32,000 bases of DNA from Candidatus Methanoperedens sp. (GCA_041494705.1 JBGQBI010000004.1:150001-182000); one strand, 5' to 3'; counted from the stretch's first letter, positions 1 through 10,011 are shown. Notes: a model not told the origin generated them from the letters alone. Translations and numbers: made by a program.

Positions 1-180
1 TTAAAAGGGCTAAAAGAAAAGCTCAGTAAAATCAATGCACTTCTTGATAAACTGGATGAGATGCTTGCGCAGGGTGAGATAACCGAAACTAAATATAAGG
101 AGTTGGCTGGAAAATACAGAGCCGAGGCTGATAGTCTTAAGAACCGGATAGCAGAAAAAGAGCTTCTGGATGAGGAGTGA
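1..180 (+). CDS. 3' end of a CDS entering from upstream; C-terminal SHOCT-like helical module
   Basis: Frame 1 is open from the window edge to TGA at 178-180. It translates to LKGLKEKLSKINALLDKLDEMLAQGEITETKYKELAGKYRAEADSLKNRIAEKELLDEE. This is a clear paralogue of the N-terminus of the next gene. Confidence 0.6.
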   Translation, partial: LKGLKEKLSKINALLDKLDEMLAQGEITETKYKELAGKYRAEADSLKNRIAEKELLDEE

Positions 181-208
181 AGGAAGCAATAGCCGCACAA
201 AAGAGTAA

Positions 209-880
209 GTGACAAAACCAAAAACCAGGCGAGACTCCATGAACGAACTAAAAGAACTTAAGGAGAGGTGCAGTAAAATCAACTCGCTCCTTGACAAACT
301 GGATGAAAGGCTTGCGCAGGGCGAGCTTAGCGAGGCTAAATATAAAGAGTTAGCTGGAAAATACAGAGCAGAGGCGGATAGTCTTAAGAATCAGATAGCT
401 GAGAAAGAGCTTTTGCAGGATGTCGGACTTAAAACCGAGGAGAGGGAAGAACCAATAGCCGAATATCCGGAAAAAGAGCCTGAAAAGCCGGTTTTTAAAG
501 AGGGCGCAAAATATTGTTCTAATTGCGGAGCTTTGATAGATGAAAGGGCAGAGATTTGTCCTAAATGCGGTGTAAGAGTTTCAGAGCCTCCCATCAGCAG
601 AATTTCAATAATACCAGAGAAAAAAAATGTTGCTCTTGCAGTCGTGCTGAGCTTTTTTATTCCGGGATTGGGGCAAATGTATTGTGGTAAAGCGGCAAGA
701 GGTGTGGGAATTTTAGTGCTTAGCATTCTGATGTTTTTGATTTTCGGATTTGCCGCAAGTTCGGCAGGCGCAGCATCTTCAGCACCAGCCTTTCCCTTTT
801 TATTGTGGATTCTGGTTTACATATGGAACATTTATGATGCATATAAACTCGCTGGAAAAATAAATCGTGGAGAAGCTTAA
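209..880 (+). CDS. Membrane protein: SHOCT-like helix, zinc ribbon and TM2 domain
   Basis: Contains CSNCGALIDERAEICPKCG (a 4-Cys zinc ribbon) followed by KNVALAVVLSFFIPGLGQMYCGKAARGVGILVLSILMFLIF, which is TM2-domain-like. The GTG at 209 is the longest start; the in-frame ATG at 239 (MNELKELKER) is the more likely start. Confidence 0.75.
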   Translation: MTKPKTRRDSMNELKELKERCSKINSLLDKLDERLAQGELSEAKYKELAGKYRAEADSLKNQIAEKELLQDVGLKTEEREEPIAEYPEKEPEKPVFKEGAKYCSNCGALIDERAEICPKCGVRVSEPPISRISIIPEKKNVALAVVLSFFIPGLGQMYCGKAARGVGILVLSILMFLIFGFAASSAGAASSAPAFPFLLWILVYIWNIYDAYKLAGKINRGEA

Positions 881-931
881 TCAGGGCTTATTTGCAGCGT
901 TGTGAATCCTGAACAAAATCCGTACCGTGAA

Positions 932-2839
932 CTATACGAACTTCGGCCTTGCCGACAATTTCACAGAAAGCGGATGCCTCTTGAACGGGAATCCGAAGAC
1001 CTCATCCGATATCCTGTCATTCAGTTCCCCAACCGTCATTTTAATATTCGCAGGCTTATTCGGCGATGATTCGCTCCTCACTGTAACTGTAAGATTATCT
1101 CCTGCAACCTCTTCGTCCCCCACAACTGCAACATACGGTACCCATTCCTTCCCTGCATCGCGTATCTTCTTGCCCACAGTCTCCTCGCGGTCATCGATGT
1201 CCACTCTCCAGTTCAAGCCGCCGGCAACTTTTTCCGCATATTCCAGGTGCTTTTCCGCAACGGGAATTATGCGCACCTGCGTGGGTGAGAGCCACACCGG
1301 GAACATGGGAACGATGCCCTTCTCCGAGTTCATGTGCGCTTTTTCAAGCAGGGCGTATATGCACCTCTCGATGGCGCCGCTGGGCGAGCAGTGGAGAATG
1401 GTGGGTCTTTTTTCAGCGCCTGTTGAATCGATATACTTTATGCCGTATCGCTCCGCATTCTCAACATCTATCTGCACAGTGGATAAAGCGCTGGCTTTGT
1501 CCATGGCGTCAACATAATTGAACTCGAACTTCAACACAAAATAGAAAAACCTCTGGTCCCAGAGCTCTATCAGTACAGGCTTATTGACTGTCTTGACAAG
1601 CCCAACTATGAAATCCTTATTCTCCTCATAGAAATCACGCGTGAAGCGGATTGCAACTTCGTAATCGGTCAAATCAATGCCGATTTTTGACAGCACGTTA
1701 ATGCACATGTTATACTGGTCGTTAAACTGCGCCACTGCCTCGTCCATGTCCCTGCACAGCGAATGCATATCCGGCATCGTGAACGCGCGAAGCCGCCGCA
1801 GCCCGACAAGCTCGCCGCTTTGCTCTTTCCTGAAGCTGTAACGTGTGAGTTCCACCATCCGAAGCGGCAGGTTCCTGTATGATATGGTCATGTCGTGGTT
1901 CATGAGGAACTGCCCGAAGCATGCCGCAAACCGCAAAAAAAGCTGCTTCTTGTCAGCTTCTATGGAATATTGCCGCGCCGGGAAGCGGTCAAGATATTTC
2001 TTCAGCGTGGGGTGGTTCATGTCATACATTATCGGAGTCTCGACTTCCATGGCTCCCATCTTTGCGGTTTCATCCAGCACATAGGTCTCAATAAGGCTTT
2101 TCATAAGCCGCCCCTTGGGGTAAAAACGCATATTCCCTGAGTCGGAACCGGGTTCGTAATCAGCAAGCTCAAGCCTCCTCATGAGCTCGACATGTGGAGG
2201 TATTTTATCCACTGCGCGGCTCTTGTGAATCTCGTAATTCACGAATTTTTTAAGATTATCATGCCCTGTAAAATCAAAATCCTCAGGTTTCAGGAGTTCG
2301 CCTTCGGGTGTTAATATGTGCCAGTAAGATACGGCTTTTGCCTCGGATTTTAATGCCTCGGAGACAACTTCCTCTTTTTCCTTTTCCTTTATGACCGTAA
2401 CGCATTTTTCCACGCCTCCTGCCCTTATCGTTCTTGAAAGCTCTGAAAGCGGATGCCCTTTGCACTTTATGGTAAAGGATTTATACCAGCCAAAAGGCGC
2501 GCGCTTAACTTCGAATGAAGCCTCTTTTAGCAATTCTTCAAGTTTTTTCAGTATTTCAATCGCAGTCTTGGGGGATGAGAGGCTTGAGCTTAGATGGGCG
2601 TAAGGGTACAGCATCACGCGGTTTGTCTTTACCTGCTCTGTGACTTTTCTTATTTCCTCTGCGGTCTGCCTGGAGGCATATTCGATATTGTCTTCATCAT
2701 TTTTCTCAACAGCCACAAAAACCGTAAGGGCTTCTTCCATCCTCCCCTTTTTGAGATTGTCGTCTATTTTTTCAGCGACAGGCGTGCTTCGTTTGGTCTC
2801 GTATTCTATGAAATCGGAATGAATGAGTAGTATCTGCAT
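932..2839 (-). CDS. thrS: Threonyl-tRNA synthetase, archaeal type with N-terminal editing domain
   Basis: 635-641 aa [26 protein letters not shown] is the archaeal ThrRS editing-domain start, followed by a class II catalytic core and an anticodon-binding C-terminus. ATG 2839 is preferred over 2857. Confidence 0.93.
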   Translation of the reverse strand: MQILLIHSDFIEYETKRSTPVAEKIDDNLKKGRMEEALTVFVAVEKNDEDNIEYASRQTAEEIRKVTEQVKTNRVMLYPYAHLSSSLSSPKTAIEILKKLEELLKEASFEVKRAPFGWYKSFTIKCKGHPLSELSRTIRAGGVEKCVTVIKEKEKEEVVSEALKSEAKAVSYWHILTPEGELLKPEDFDFTGHDNLKKFVNYEIHKSRAVDKIPPHVELMRRLELADYEPGSDSGNMRFYPKGRLMKSLIETYVLDETAKMGAMEVETPIMYDMNHPTLKKYLDRFPARQYSIEADKKQLFLRFAACFGQFLMNHDMTISYRNLPLRMVELTRYSFRKEQSGELVGLRRLRAFTMPDMHSLCRDMDEAVAQFNDQYNMCINVLSKIGIDLTDYEVAIRFTRDFYEENKDFIVGLVKTVNKPVLIELWDQRFFYFVLKFEFNYVDAMDKASALSTVQIDVENAERYGIKYIDSTGAEKRPTILHCSPSGAIERCIYALLEKAHMNSEKGIVPMFPVWLSPTQVRIIPVAEKHLEYAEKVAGGLNWRVDIDDREETVGKKIRDAGKEWVPYVAVVGDEEVAGDNLTVTVRSESSPNKPANIKMTVGELNDRISDEVFGFPFKRHPLSVKLSARPKFV

Positions 2840-3000
2840 GGTATCACTTTCTCGCATCTACACCGCAATTAAGCTTAAAGTTTTGTCGGTTTTAAAAAAC
2901 AGTTTTGATTGGTGTTGGCAAGTTGGAACGAACTTAAAAAATGAATGTTACAAAAATTATATGCAGATTTATTCAAAAGTTGTAAAAATCAAAATCTTCG

Positions 3001-3918
3001 CTACATTAGTTTAAGTATTTCGCTAATTATAAGATAGGTGTGTATTGCTATCATATCTGCATCAAATTTTTCCAAAGTTCTATCATGTTCACCTTTTTGC
3101 GTAAGTTCGACTACCTGATGCAAATAATTCTCCAAATATTTAGTTTCAACTATGAAGAATTTTCTTTGGTCTCCGCCAAGCTTCTTATCTGCAAATGCAC
3201 ATAAACGATTAATAAATTGTGGTTCTCCAACACTTAATAGTGAACCATTTTTCATTTTATATTCTTTATCACTAGCTGGAAAAACTTTATCAGCCACAAA
3301 CTTTAGAATTCGTCTACATGAATGAGCTACTTTTGTCCAGTCTGCTGGGTTGGTGCTAGATAGATTTGTATAAAGAGAATCTACTTCTTTTGAAGTATTT
3401 TCGTCCAGTTTAGCCAATTTTTCATCTACGTTATTCCTAATTTCTTCCATCAAATATTCTACAATACCACCATATTGCAATTCTCTAATTATATTATTAA
3501 GAAAGAAAAGGCAATTATCTTCTATTCCGGAAATGAGCAAGTTAATCAAAGGGGGGGTCAAAATCGCAATTGTATTATCGCCCACCATTGTTGTTGCTTC
3601 CGCATCTTCACGTACTGCCTCTAACATGCTTATTGGTATTGTTATATCCCAGAATCTAGGATTTCTTTGTAATACCCCATTATGTTTATAATGACAGTTC
3701 ACAATTCTATGCTCAGGGACTTTGGAATCCCAACTTCCATTTAGTTCGGACTTTAACCATTTTTCATCTGCGCTTTTATTTAGATTACTGGCAACTGCCA
3801 AGCATGCTCTTATCAGAGAAATTACATTCATCTTGGCATCTAATAGATTCTTTCTTGTCGTATAGGCTATATCTAAAGCTTCTTCCCTGGGCGATGAGAA
3901 TTTTCTACTTTCTACCAT
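3001..3918 (-). CDS. AbiTii-like abortive-infection domain protein (305 aa), C-terminal half unknown
   Basis: The N-terminal segment NVISLIRACLAVASNLNKSADEKWLKSELNGSWDSKVPEHR matches the AbiTii N-domain pattern I recognise (helix, then W..ELNGY....PEYR). The gene is AT-rich: line 3241-3300 counts 17/60 GC. Confidence 0.6.
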   Translation of the reverse strand: MVESRKFSSPREEALDIAYTTRKNLLDAKMNVISLIRACLAVASNLNKSADEKWLKSELNGSWDSKVPEHRIVNCHYKHNGVLQRNPRFWDITIPISMLEAVREDAEATTMVGDNTIAILTPPLINLLISGIEDNCLFFLNNIIRELQYGGIVEYLMEEIRNNVDEKLAKLDENTSKEVDSLYTNLSSTNPADWTKVAHSCRRILKFVADKVFPASDKEYKMKNGSLLSVGEPQFINRLCAFADKKLGGDQRKFFIVETKYLENYLHQVVELTQKGEHDRTLEKFDADMIAIHTYLIISEILKLM

Positions 3919-4080
3919 AAATTTTAGTATATTCTTTGAGATGATAAATGTTTAATATTTGTCACAACTCTGTTCAGAGATTGCCACAATCGCGGAGGCA
4001 GTCGCAAAGAATTTTTAATTATACAACCCTCACTTTTAATGCCAAATTACATATTCTCATAGTTACAACTCTAAATTATT

Positions 4081-4377
4081 ATGCTAACCGGAAGAGTCCT
4101 GCACGAACTGGAATTATTAAAAAGGCACATAATCGTACTCAAAAAAGTGATAGATGTAGGGCCTATCGGAATCATGAAACTCTCCCTGGAAACAGGCATT
4201 CCTGAACATCTTGTGAGGTATTCTCTTCGCGTTCTTGAGCAGCAGGGATTAATTACTCCCTCAACGCAGGGCGCCGTAGCTGCAAAATCGGCAGAAGAAG
4301 CATATTTGCAGTTCAAATCCGAGCTTGAAAAAATCGGGGAAATGACACAAGAAATCAAACGGATCGGTTTTGGATAA
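4081..4377 (+). CDS. Small winged-helix DNA-binding protein
   Basis: 98 aa. GIMKLSLETGIPEHLVRYSLRVLEQQGLITPS looks like an HTH plus wing. Its stop lies 2 nt before the archease start. Confidence 0.6.
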   Translation: MLTGRVLHELELLKRHIIVLKKVIDVGPIGIMKLSLETGIPEHLVRYSLRVLEQQGLITPSTQGAVAAKSAEEAYLQFKSELEKIGEMTQEIKRIGFG

Positions 4378-4379
4378 CA

Positions 4380-4829
4380 ATGCAAGGGGAAAAGGATACG
4401 AAAAAATACGAGTATCTTTACCATATAGCCGATGCCAAATTCAGGGCATACGGCGCCACGATGGAAGAAGCATTTGAGAACGCGGCGCTTGCGATGTTCA
4501 ATGTGATGGTTGATACCTCGAAAGTTGAAGCAAAAGAACTGAGGAAAATCGAAATAACATCGCCGGATATTAAAATGCTGCTCGCCGAGTGGCTTTCCGA
4601 ATTATTGTACCTGTTTGAAGTGGATGGCATAGTATTTTGTGAATTCAAGATGGACAGGATTGAAAAGACAGATGAGGGCTTTTCTTTAACCGGAAAGGCA
4701 TGGGGTGAACCCATCGACCTTTCCCGCCACAGGTTCGATGCCCAGGTCAAAGCCGTGACGCTTCATGAGCTTGAGGTCGAGCAGGATGACAGGGGGGCGT
4801 TCTGGGTTCAGGTGGTTGTGGATACATAA
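4380..4829 (+). CDS. Archease (RtcB activator)
   Basis: The N-terminal signature YHIADAKFRAYGATMEEAFENAALAMFNVM is typical of archease. The size (149 aa) fits, and it sits directly upstream of rtcB. Confidence 0.88.
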   Translation: MQGEKDTKKYEYLYHIADAKFRAYGATMEEAFENAALAMFNVMVDTSKVEAKELRKIEITSPDIKMLLAEWLSELLYLFEVDGIVFCEFKMDRIEKTDEGFSLTGKAWGEPIDLSRHRFDAQVKAVTLHELEVEQDDRGAFWVQVVVDT

Positions 4830-4894
4830 GCAGAAAGCACCATGCTTAATAGCTTTGCGAGTATAATATTATAACAAGAATAAGGGAGATTACC

Positions 4895-6358
4895 ATGCCT
4901 GAAGAAAGAAAAGATGCTGCAAGCATTGTCACTAAAGTGAATGATTATACATGGGACATACCCATGACTTACAAACCCGGCATGAGAGTGCCCGGGCGCT
5001 TATTCGTCTCCCAGAAATTACTTACGAACCTTGAGCATGACACGCTTGAGCAGACAGCCAATGTCGCAACCCTCCCCGGCATCCAGAAATATTCCATGGC
5101 AATGCCTGACGCCCATTCAGGCTATGGATTTCCTATTGGCGGAGTGGCGGCTTTTGACAGGAACACAGGCATAATCAGCCCCGGAGGCGTGGGATACGAT
5201 ATAAACTGCGGCGTGCGTATAATCAGGACGAATCTGACTGCGGATGAAGTCCGCCCAAGGATGAAAGAACTTATCGAGCTTCTTTTCCATGAAATCCCCT
5301 CAGGCGTGGGCTCAAAAAGCAAGATTCGTGCCTCGGATAGTGAGCTGACAGATGCCTTCCTGCACGGCGCAAAATGGGCTGTAGAAAGCGGATATGGCGT
5401 TCCTGAAGATATCGAGCACTGCGAAGAGAACGGTTTTATGAAGATTGCCGACCCTTCCAAAGTGAGTGAAAAAGCGCGAAACCGTGGCAAACCGCAGTTA
5501 GGGACCCTTGGCAGCGGAAATCATTTCCTTGAGGTGCAGTACGTGGATGAAGTGTACGATGAAGACGTTGCGAAGGTCTTTGGTCTTCACAAAGGACAGG
5601 TCACGGTCATGGTACATTGCGGTTCGCGCGGCGCGGGTCACCAGATTTGCGATGATTACCTGAAGATTCTTGATAAAGCCACACGTAAATACGGCATTGT
5701 CCTTCCTGACAGGCAGCTTGCATGCGCGCCTGCGGAATCGCCTGAAGGCCAGAACTATTTTAAAGCCATGGCTGCGGGAGCAAATTATGCCTGGGCGAAC
5801 AGGCAGGTCATTACCCACTGGGTCAGGGAGGCGTTTACACGCTTTTTCAGGCGCGATATGGACGACCTGGGAATGAACCTCATCTATGATGTGGCGCATA
5901 ACGTCGCCAAGCTTGAAGAGCATGTTATTGACGGAGAGAAAAAGATGGTGTATGTGCACCGAAAAGGTGCAACGCGGGCTTTCCCGCCCGGGCATCCCGA
6001 TGTGCCAGCGGTATACAGGAAAGTGGGCCAGCCTGTTCTCATCCCGGGCAGCATGGGCACGCCCTCATTTGTGCTGCACGGCACGCAGAAAGCGATGGAA
6101 CTCACTTTCGGAAGCGCATGCCACGGCTCTGGCAGGGTATCAAGCCGTGCGGCTGCAAAGCGGGAATTTTATGGAGAGACTATTCAAAAAGAATTGGCTG
6201 CTAAAGGTATCACAGTGAGAGCAACGCACCCGTCTATAATAGCTGAAGAAGCTCCGGGAGTCTATAAATCGAGCGATGAAGTAGTGGACGTGGTGCACCA
6301 GCTTGGCATTGCCCGGAAAGTCGTGAAGCTTATGCCGATGGGAGTGGCGAAGGGATAG
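4895..6358 (+). CDS. rtcB: RNA-splicing ligase RtcB
   Basis: 487 aa with [37 protein letters not shown] and a terminal MPMGVAKG. There is no intein-sized insertion. Confidence 0.95.
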   Translation: MPEERKDAASIVTKVNDYTWDIPMTYKPGMRVPGRLFVSQKLLTNLEHDTLEQTANVATLPGIQKYSMAMPDAHSGYGFPIGGVAAFDRNTGIISPGGVGYDINCGVRIIRTNLTADEVRPRMKELIELLFHEIPSGVGSKSKIRASDSELTDAFLHGAKWAVESGYGVPEDIEHCEENGFMKIADPSKVSEKARNRGKPQLGTLGSGNHFLEVQYVDEVYDEDVAKVFGLHKGQVTVMVHCGSRGAGHQICDDYLKILDKATRKYGIVLPDRQLACAPAESPEGQNYFKAMAAGANYAWANRQVITHWVREAFTRFFRRDMDDLGMNLIYDVAHNVAKLEEHVIDGEKKMVYVHRKGATRAFPPGHPDVPAVYRKVGQPVLIPGSMGTPSFVLHGTQKAMELTFGSACHGSGRVSSRAAAKREFYGETIQKELAAKGITVRATHPSIIAEEAPGVYKSSDEVVDVVHQLGIARKVVKLMPMGVAKG

Positions 6359-6419
6359 TAAACAGTTATTATAAGGAATGACACAATATAACATAAAAAT
6401 ACAAACCCATGTGAAATTT

Positions 6420-6725
6420 ATGACTGAAAGTCTTGTTCGTGAAAGTATTGATATTCTTGCAACTTCAAGATACTTCGGCAGCAAACGAAAATTGCTTGAT
6501 GAAGCGGTCAGGACGTTACTGGAAGTGAAGCCCGCTCTGAAAACAGAAATAGCAGTAGAACTTTACAAGAAAAGTACTGTTTCAATGAGCAGGGCATGCG
6601 AGATAGCTGGTGTGTCAACTGAGGGATTTAAAGAAATACTTGCAAGCAGGGGCATTGTAAGGATTGTCAAAGCTCCACCCAGGGAAAAAATCAAAAAAGA
6701 AGTTAAATTGATATTACAAAAATAA
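6420..6725 (+). CDS. UPF0175-family antitoxin
   Basis: EIAVELYKKSTVSMSRACEIAGVSTEGFKEILASRGI matches the UPF0175 HTH pattern. Its stop is 2 nt before the PIN gene. ATG 6420 is preferred; the longest ORF starts at 6378. Confidence 0.7.
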   Translation: MTESLVRESIDILATSRYFGSKRKLLDEAVRTLLEVKPALKTEIAVELYKKSTVSMSRACEIAGVSTEGFKEILASRGIVRIVKAPPREKIKKEVKLILQK

Positions 6726-6727
6726 AG

Positions 6728-7216
6728 ATGGCATTTATTTTCGATACAGACATCCTCAGTGCATTCGCAAAAACAGACAGTTTGCCATTGTTAAAGAAAC
6801 TTTTCTCAAAACATGATGTTTATATAACCCCTGAAATTTATGAAGAACTGGAAATTCCAATAGATTATGGTTATAATTTTCCCTTGAAAATCTTTGAAGA
6901 ATTCGCGATTTTAACACCGAACGAGAAAGAACAAGAAATATACAGGTTATTCCTGAAAGCCAATCGCTGTATTGGAAGAGGTGAACTGGAAGCAATATCT
7001 ATTTGCATCAACAGAAAATACTATTTCTCATCAATGGACGAAGCTGCTATGTCGTTTGCAGAAACCAACGATGTAACCACAATAAGTCTGCATTCAATTT
7101 TGAGATCATTATGGGAGTCAGCGATTCTAACCAAAAAAGAAGTCCATGAACTTATTTTACGAATCGAACAGAAAGACAATACAAGAATAAAGGATATTCA
7201 TAAGATTCTACAGTGA
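6728..7216 (+). CDS. PIN-domain toxin (DUF3368-like partner of UPF0175)
   Basis: Acidic PIN residues occur in FDTDIL, GELEAI and SMDEAA. It is 162 aa and tightly coupled to the upstream antitoxin. Confidence 0.7.
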   Translation: MAFIFDTDILSAFAKTDSLPLLKKLFSKHDVYITPEIYEELEIPIDYGYNFPLKIFEEFAILTPNEKEQEIYRLFLKANRCIGRGELEAISICINRKYYFSSMDEAAMSFAETNDVTTISLHSILRSLWESAILTKKEVHELILRIEQKDNTRIKDIHKILQ

Positions 7217-7238
7217 AACGATAATATTAGACTTATTT

Positions 7239-7889
7239 ATGCCCTACGCAGCAAAAGACCGACAGGAATTCATCAAACGCTCAAACCTTGAGCTTGGCGC
7301 GCGAGTCCTCGATTTCGGAGGAATGCTTGGAGAGGAACTCCCATCTGCGGTTTTCGGGATTACTACAAAAAGACCGATGACAGGCGCCGTTCTCATAAAA
7401 CCCACACTATTGCCATTTAAAAATTCAGTATTCAAATCGGTTGTTTCATATCATTACTTTGACCTTATCCCATCCGACATTCTGAAGTTTGCTTTTGATG
7501 AGGCGGCGAGGGTATTGGACAAGGATTCAAGCTTTTCTTTCATGATAACCCAGTGGGCGGCGCAGAACGATGCGCAGCGCTCAAGCCTTTTTTTCAATGA
7601 ACTCCTGAAAAGCACAGGCGCTCTTTTCCAGCATGATTTCGAAGAAGTAAGCAGACTGCTCTCGGAATCAGGTTTCAGTGAAATAACAGCAGAAAGCGTA
7701 AAACGCGAAATAGTGATACCCGGGGATTTTGCAAGGTCGCACCTGTTGATGCTTGGAAATCTTGTGAAAAAAGAAAAAGAGCAGGGCGGGGAATTAATAA
7801 AAACTCTTGCAAGGCAGTATTTTAACAATGTAAAAGTCCACGGCGAAGCCATGCTGCCTGCAATTCACTTTACGGCCCGGAAACTATGA
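7239..7889 (+). CDS. Class I methyltransferase-like protein with a degenerate SAM loop
   Basis: VLDFGGMLGE stands in place of motif I. LPFKNSVFKSVVSYHYF and EAARVLDKDSSFSFM resemble Methyltransf_11 motifs. An ATGA overlap joins it to the next gene. Confidence 0.45.
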   Translation: MPYAAKDRQEFIKRSNLELGARVLDFGGMLGEELPSAVFGITTKRPMTGAVLIKPTLLPFKNSVFKSVVSYHYFDLIPSDILKFAFDEAARVLDKDSSFSFMITQWAAQNDAQRSSLFFNELLKSTGALFQHDFEEVSRLLSESGFSEITAESVKREIVIPGDFARSHLLMLGNLVKKEKEQGGELIKTLARQYFNNVKVHGEAMLPAIHFTARKL

Positions 7890-8485
7890 GAAAGAAACAT
7901 CTTGAGATACTGCTGGAGCAGGTCGAAGGCTTTCGGACCCCAAAACCATCAAAGGAACAGTACTCAACGCCAGCGACAGTAGCTTCGGAGCTGCTGCATT
8001 TTGCATTCATGAGGGGCGACCTCACGGATACGGTTTATGACCTCGGGTGCGGCGGGGGAATACTCGCAATCGGGGCAAAACTCCTGGGAGCAGAAAAGGT
8101 TATAGGTTTTGATGATGATAAAGAAGTTCTTGAGATTGCACGGGCAAATGCGAAGAGACTTGGCGCAGATGTCGAGTTCGTATGCAGCCGCATCGAAAAT
8201 ATTGACGGGAAAGCGCATACAGTTGTGATGAACCCGCCGTTTGGCGCACAGGTTAAAGGAAGCGACCGCCCCTTTTTGAGGAAAGCCCTCGAAGTAAGCA
8301 GCGTGGTTTATTCCATACATAATGCCGGAAGTCTGGAATTCATAAAAAAATTCATTAGCCCATCGGTCATAACAGAGTATCAGTTAATCGATTTTCCTAT
8401 TAAGAGGACATTCAGGTTTCATACGAAGGAGATAAAGGTCATAAAAGTCGAGATATACAGGATTGAGAAACGAATAGAGGGATAG
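7886..8485 (+). CDS. METTL5-like N6-adenine RNA methyltransferase (COG2263 type)
   Basis: VYDLGCGGGILAIGA is motif I and VVMNPPFG is the NPPF catalytic motif. 199 aa. Confidence 0.8.
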   Translation: MRKKHLEILLEQVEGFRTPKPSKEQYSTPATVASELLHFAFMRGDLTDTVYDLGCGGGILAIGAKLLGAEKVIGFDDDKEVLEIARANAKRLGADVEFVCSRIENIDGKAHTVVMNPPFGAQVKGSDRPFLRKALEVSSVVYSIHNAGSLEFIKKFISPSVITEYQLIDFPIKRTFRFHTKEIKVIKVEIYRIEKRIEG

Positions 8486-8508
8486 TTATTAGAATTAAAA
8501 GAAAGAAA

Positions 8509-9261
8509 ATGACAAGCAGGAGAAAGCTTGGGAAAAGCGATGCCAAGGAAGCCACAGATATAAAGGAAAGCGAGCTTGAACTGGAGGAAGAAATAGAAGA
8601 AATCGAGGAAGGTGGCGAAGAGACAGAACAGCCAGAACAGATGGAACAACCAGAGCAGCCTGAGCAACCTTCAGAAGAGACCGTCAGGGAAGAACCGGAG
8701 GAGAAAACAAGAGCCGTTTTACCCGGAGACCTTATCGGGACTTCAGAAGAATATTCGCCGAAAAACGGGACATATGTGGATAAAGGGAATATTTACGCTA
8801 CAGCCAGCGGAATTGTTAAGGTAAACACGAAGGACAGGTCCATTTCAGTTATTCCCGTTACCAAAACACCACCTCATATCCAGGTGGGCGATATCGTAAT
8901 TGGCCAGGTTACCGATGTAAAAGATTCAGTTGCACTGGTTGAGATTGCGGGGATAAAAGGAAAGGGAGAGCGGGAGATTGTCAATGCAGACCAGGCAGCC
9001 ATCCATGTTTCAAACGTAAAGGATGCGTACGTGAAAGAATTATATTATGAATTTGCCCCGTTTGACATCGTTAAAGCCCGGGTCATTGACCTTCGGAATA
9101 TGCGTCTCACCACGGTAGATAATGAACTCGGGGTCATGAAAGCCTATTGCGGCAATTGCAGGGCAGTGCTGAAAAAAGACAACGGTAAACTTAAATGTCC
9201 TAAATGTGAAAGAACAGAGACAAGAAAAATGTCTGTGGATTACGGGACAGGAATTGTTTAG
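8509..9261 (+). CDS. csl4: Exosome subunit Csl4 with an acidic N-terminal extension
   Basis: The LPGDLIGTSEEY N-domain is followed by an S1-like GDIVIGQVTDVKDSVALVEI and a C-terminal Zn ribbon (CGNC...CPKC). The first ~65 aa are an E/Q/P-rich extension. An alternative start is ATG 8641. Confidence 0.85.
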   Translation: MTSRRKLGKSDAKEATDIKESELELEEEIEEIEEGGEETEQPEQMEQPEQPEQPSEETVREEPEEKTRAVLPGDLIGTSEEYSPKNGTYVDKGNIYATASGIVKVNTKDRSISVIPVTKTPPHIQVGDIVIGQVTDVKDSVALVEIAGIKGKGEREIVNADQAAIHVSNVKDAYVKELYYEFAPFDIVKARVIDLRNMRLTTVDNELGVMKAYCGNCRAVLKKDNGKLKCPKCERTETRKMSVDYGTGIV

Positions 9262-9269
9262 GTGATATT

Positions 9270-9548
9270 ATGGAACTTACAATCCTCAATAAGACGGAAA
9301 ATGAAATAAATATCAAAGTGACAGGGGAAACGCATACCATGCTCAGTATCTTAAAGACTGCTTTACTGGATAACAAGCATGTCGAGATTGCAACATACGA
9401 TATAAAGCACCCGACAATCAGCGAACCTGTGCTTTTCGTGAGAACAGATGGCGCAGACCCTATTGATGTAATTAAAAAAGCATCAAAGGATATTGTCAAG
9501 GAATGCGACGAATTTATTAAATTATTTACTAAGAAGACGAAGGGTTAA
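9270..9548 (+). CDS. rpoL: DNA-directed RNA polymerase subunit L (Rpo11)
   Basis: 92 aa. ENEINIKVTGETHTMLSILKTALLDNKHVEIATYDIKHPTISEPVLFVRT matches the RpoL/Rpb11 fold pattern. It follows csl4, as in the archaeal exosome superoperon. Confidence 0.88.
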   Translation: MELTILNKTENEINIKVTGETHTMLSILKTALLDNKHVEIATYDIKHPTISEPVLFVRTDGADPIDVIKKASKDIVKECDEFIKLFTKKTKG

Positions 9549-10011
9549 TTAAAACTCCATACTCCTCATCGATAAGATCATCCACCATTATTCCGTGCTC
9601 AAGCGCAACGAGAATGGCGCTGACCTCTATCAGCACCTGTTTTCCGAGTTCTTCCTGTTTTTTATTTATTAACGCTATTACTTTGCGCTTCTCTATTCCG
9701 GTTTTGAGTATGATGCGGTCGATAATCCTGTCAAATATGGTTTTTTTCTCAAAAATCCCGGGTTCGGGCCTGAATCCGGAAGGGATTTCAACCCCGGATA
9801 TATCAAAAGAAGGGCGGACCAGTTCCCCTTCTCTTTTTAAAAGACCTGATTTTTCTGCATCCTTCAAGACATTTTTCGCCTGTTCCGGATTGAACCACTT
9901 CAAATCAATAGAAAGGGCAAGCACGAATTCGCTATCTTTCAACGCGTCTTTTCCCTTTCTTAAAAAAGGCATTGAAACCGTATAGGTAAGGTCAGATGAA
10001 CCCACTGCCAA
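9529..10011 (-). CDS. Conserved archaeal protein (DUF2240-like)
   Basis: 160-aa ORF with backbone GC, convergent with rpoL with a 20-nt tail overlap. The family assignment is from memory only. Confidence 0.5.
   Translation of the reverse strand: MAVGSSDLTYTVSMPFLRKGKDALKDSEFVLALSIDLKWFNPEQAKNVLKDAEKSGLLKREGELVRPSFDISGVEIPSGFRPEPGIFEKKTIFDRIIDRIILKTGIEKRKVIALINKKQEELGKQVLIEVSAILVALEHGIMVDDLIDEEYGVLINPSSS

Noticed and set aside
927-2830. Multiple + strand ORFs (927-1517, 1285-1521, 1845-2084, 1895-2140, 2391-2603, 2594-2830) inside thrS.
   Set aside because: They lie antisense to a confidently identified 635-aa thrS, have low-complexity or biased composition, and carry no motifs. They are shadow ORFs. 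The same reasoning applies to antisense ORFs inside rtcB, proA/proB, carA, rbcL, gatA/gatB, the dehydrogenase and the aldolase.
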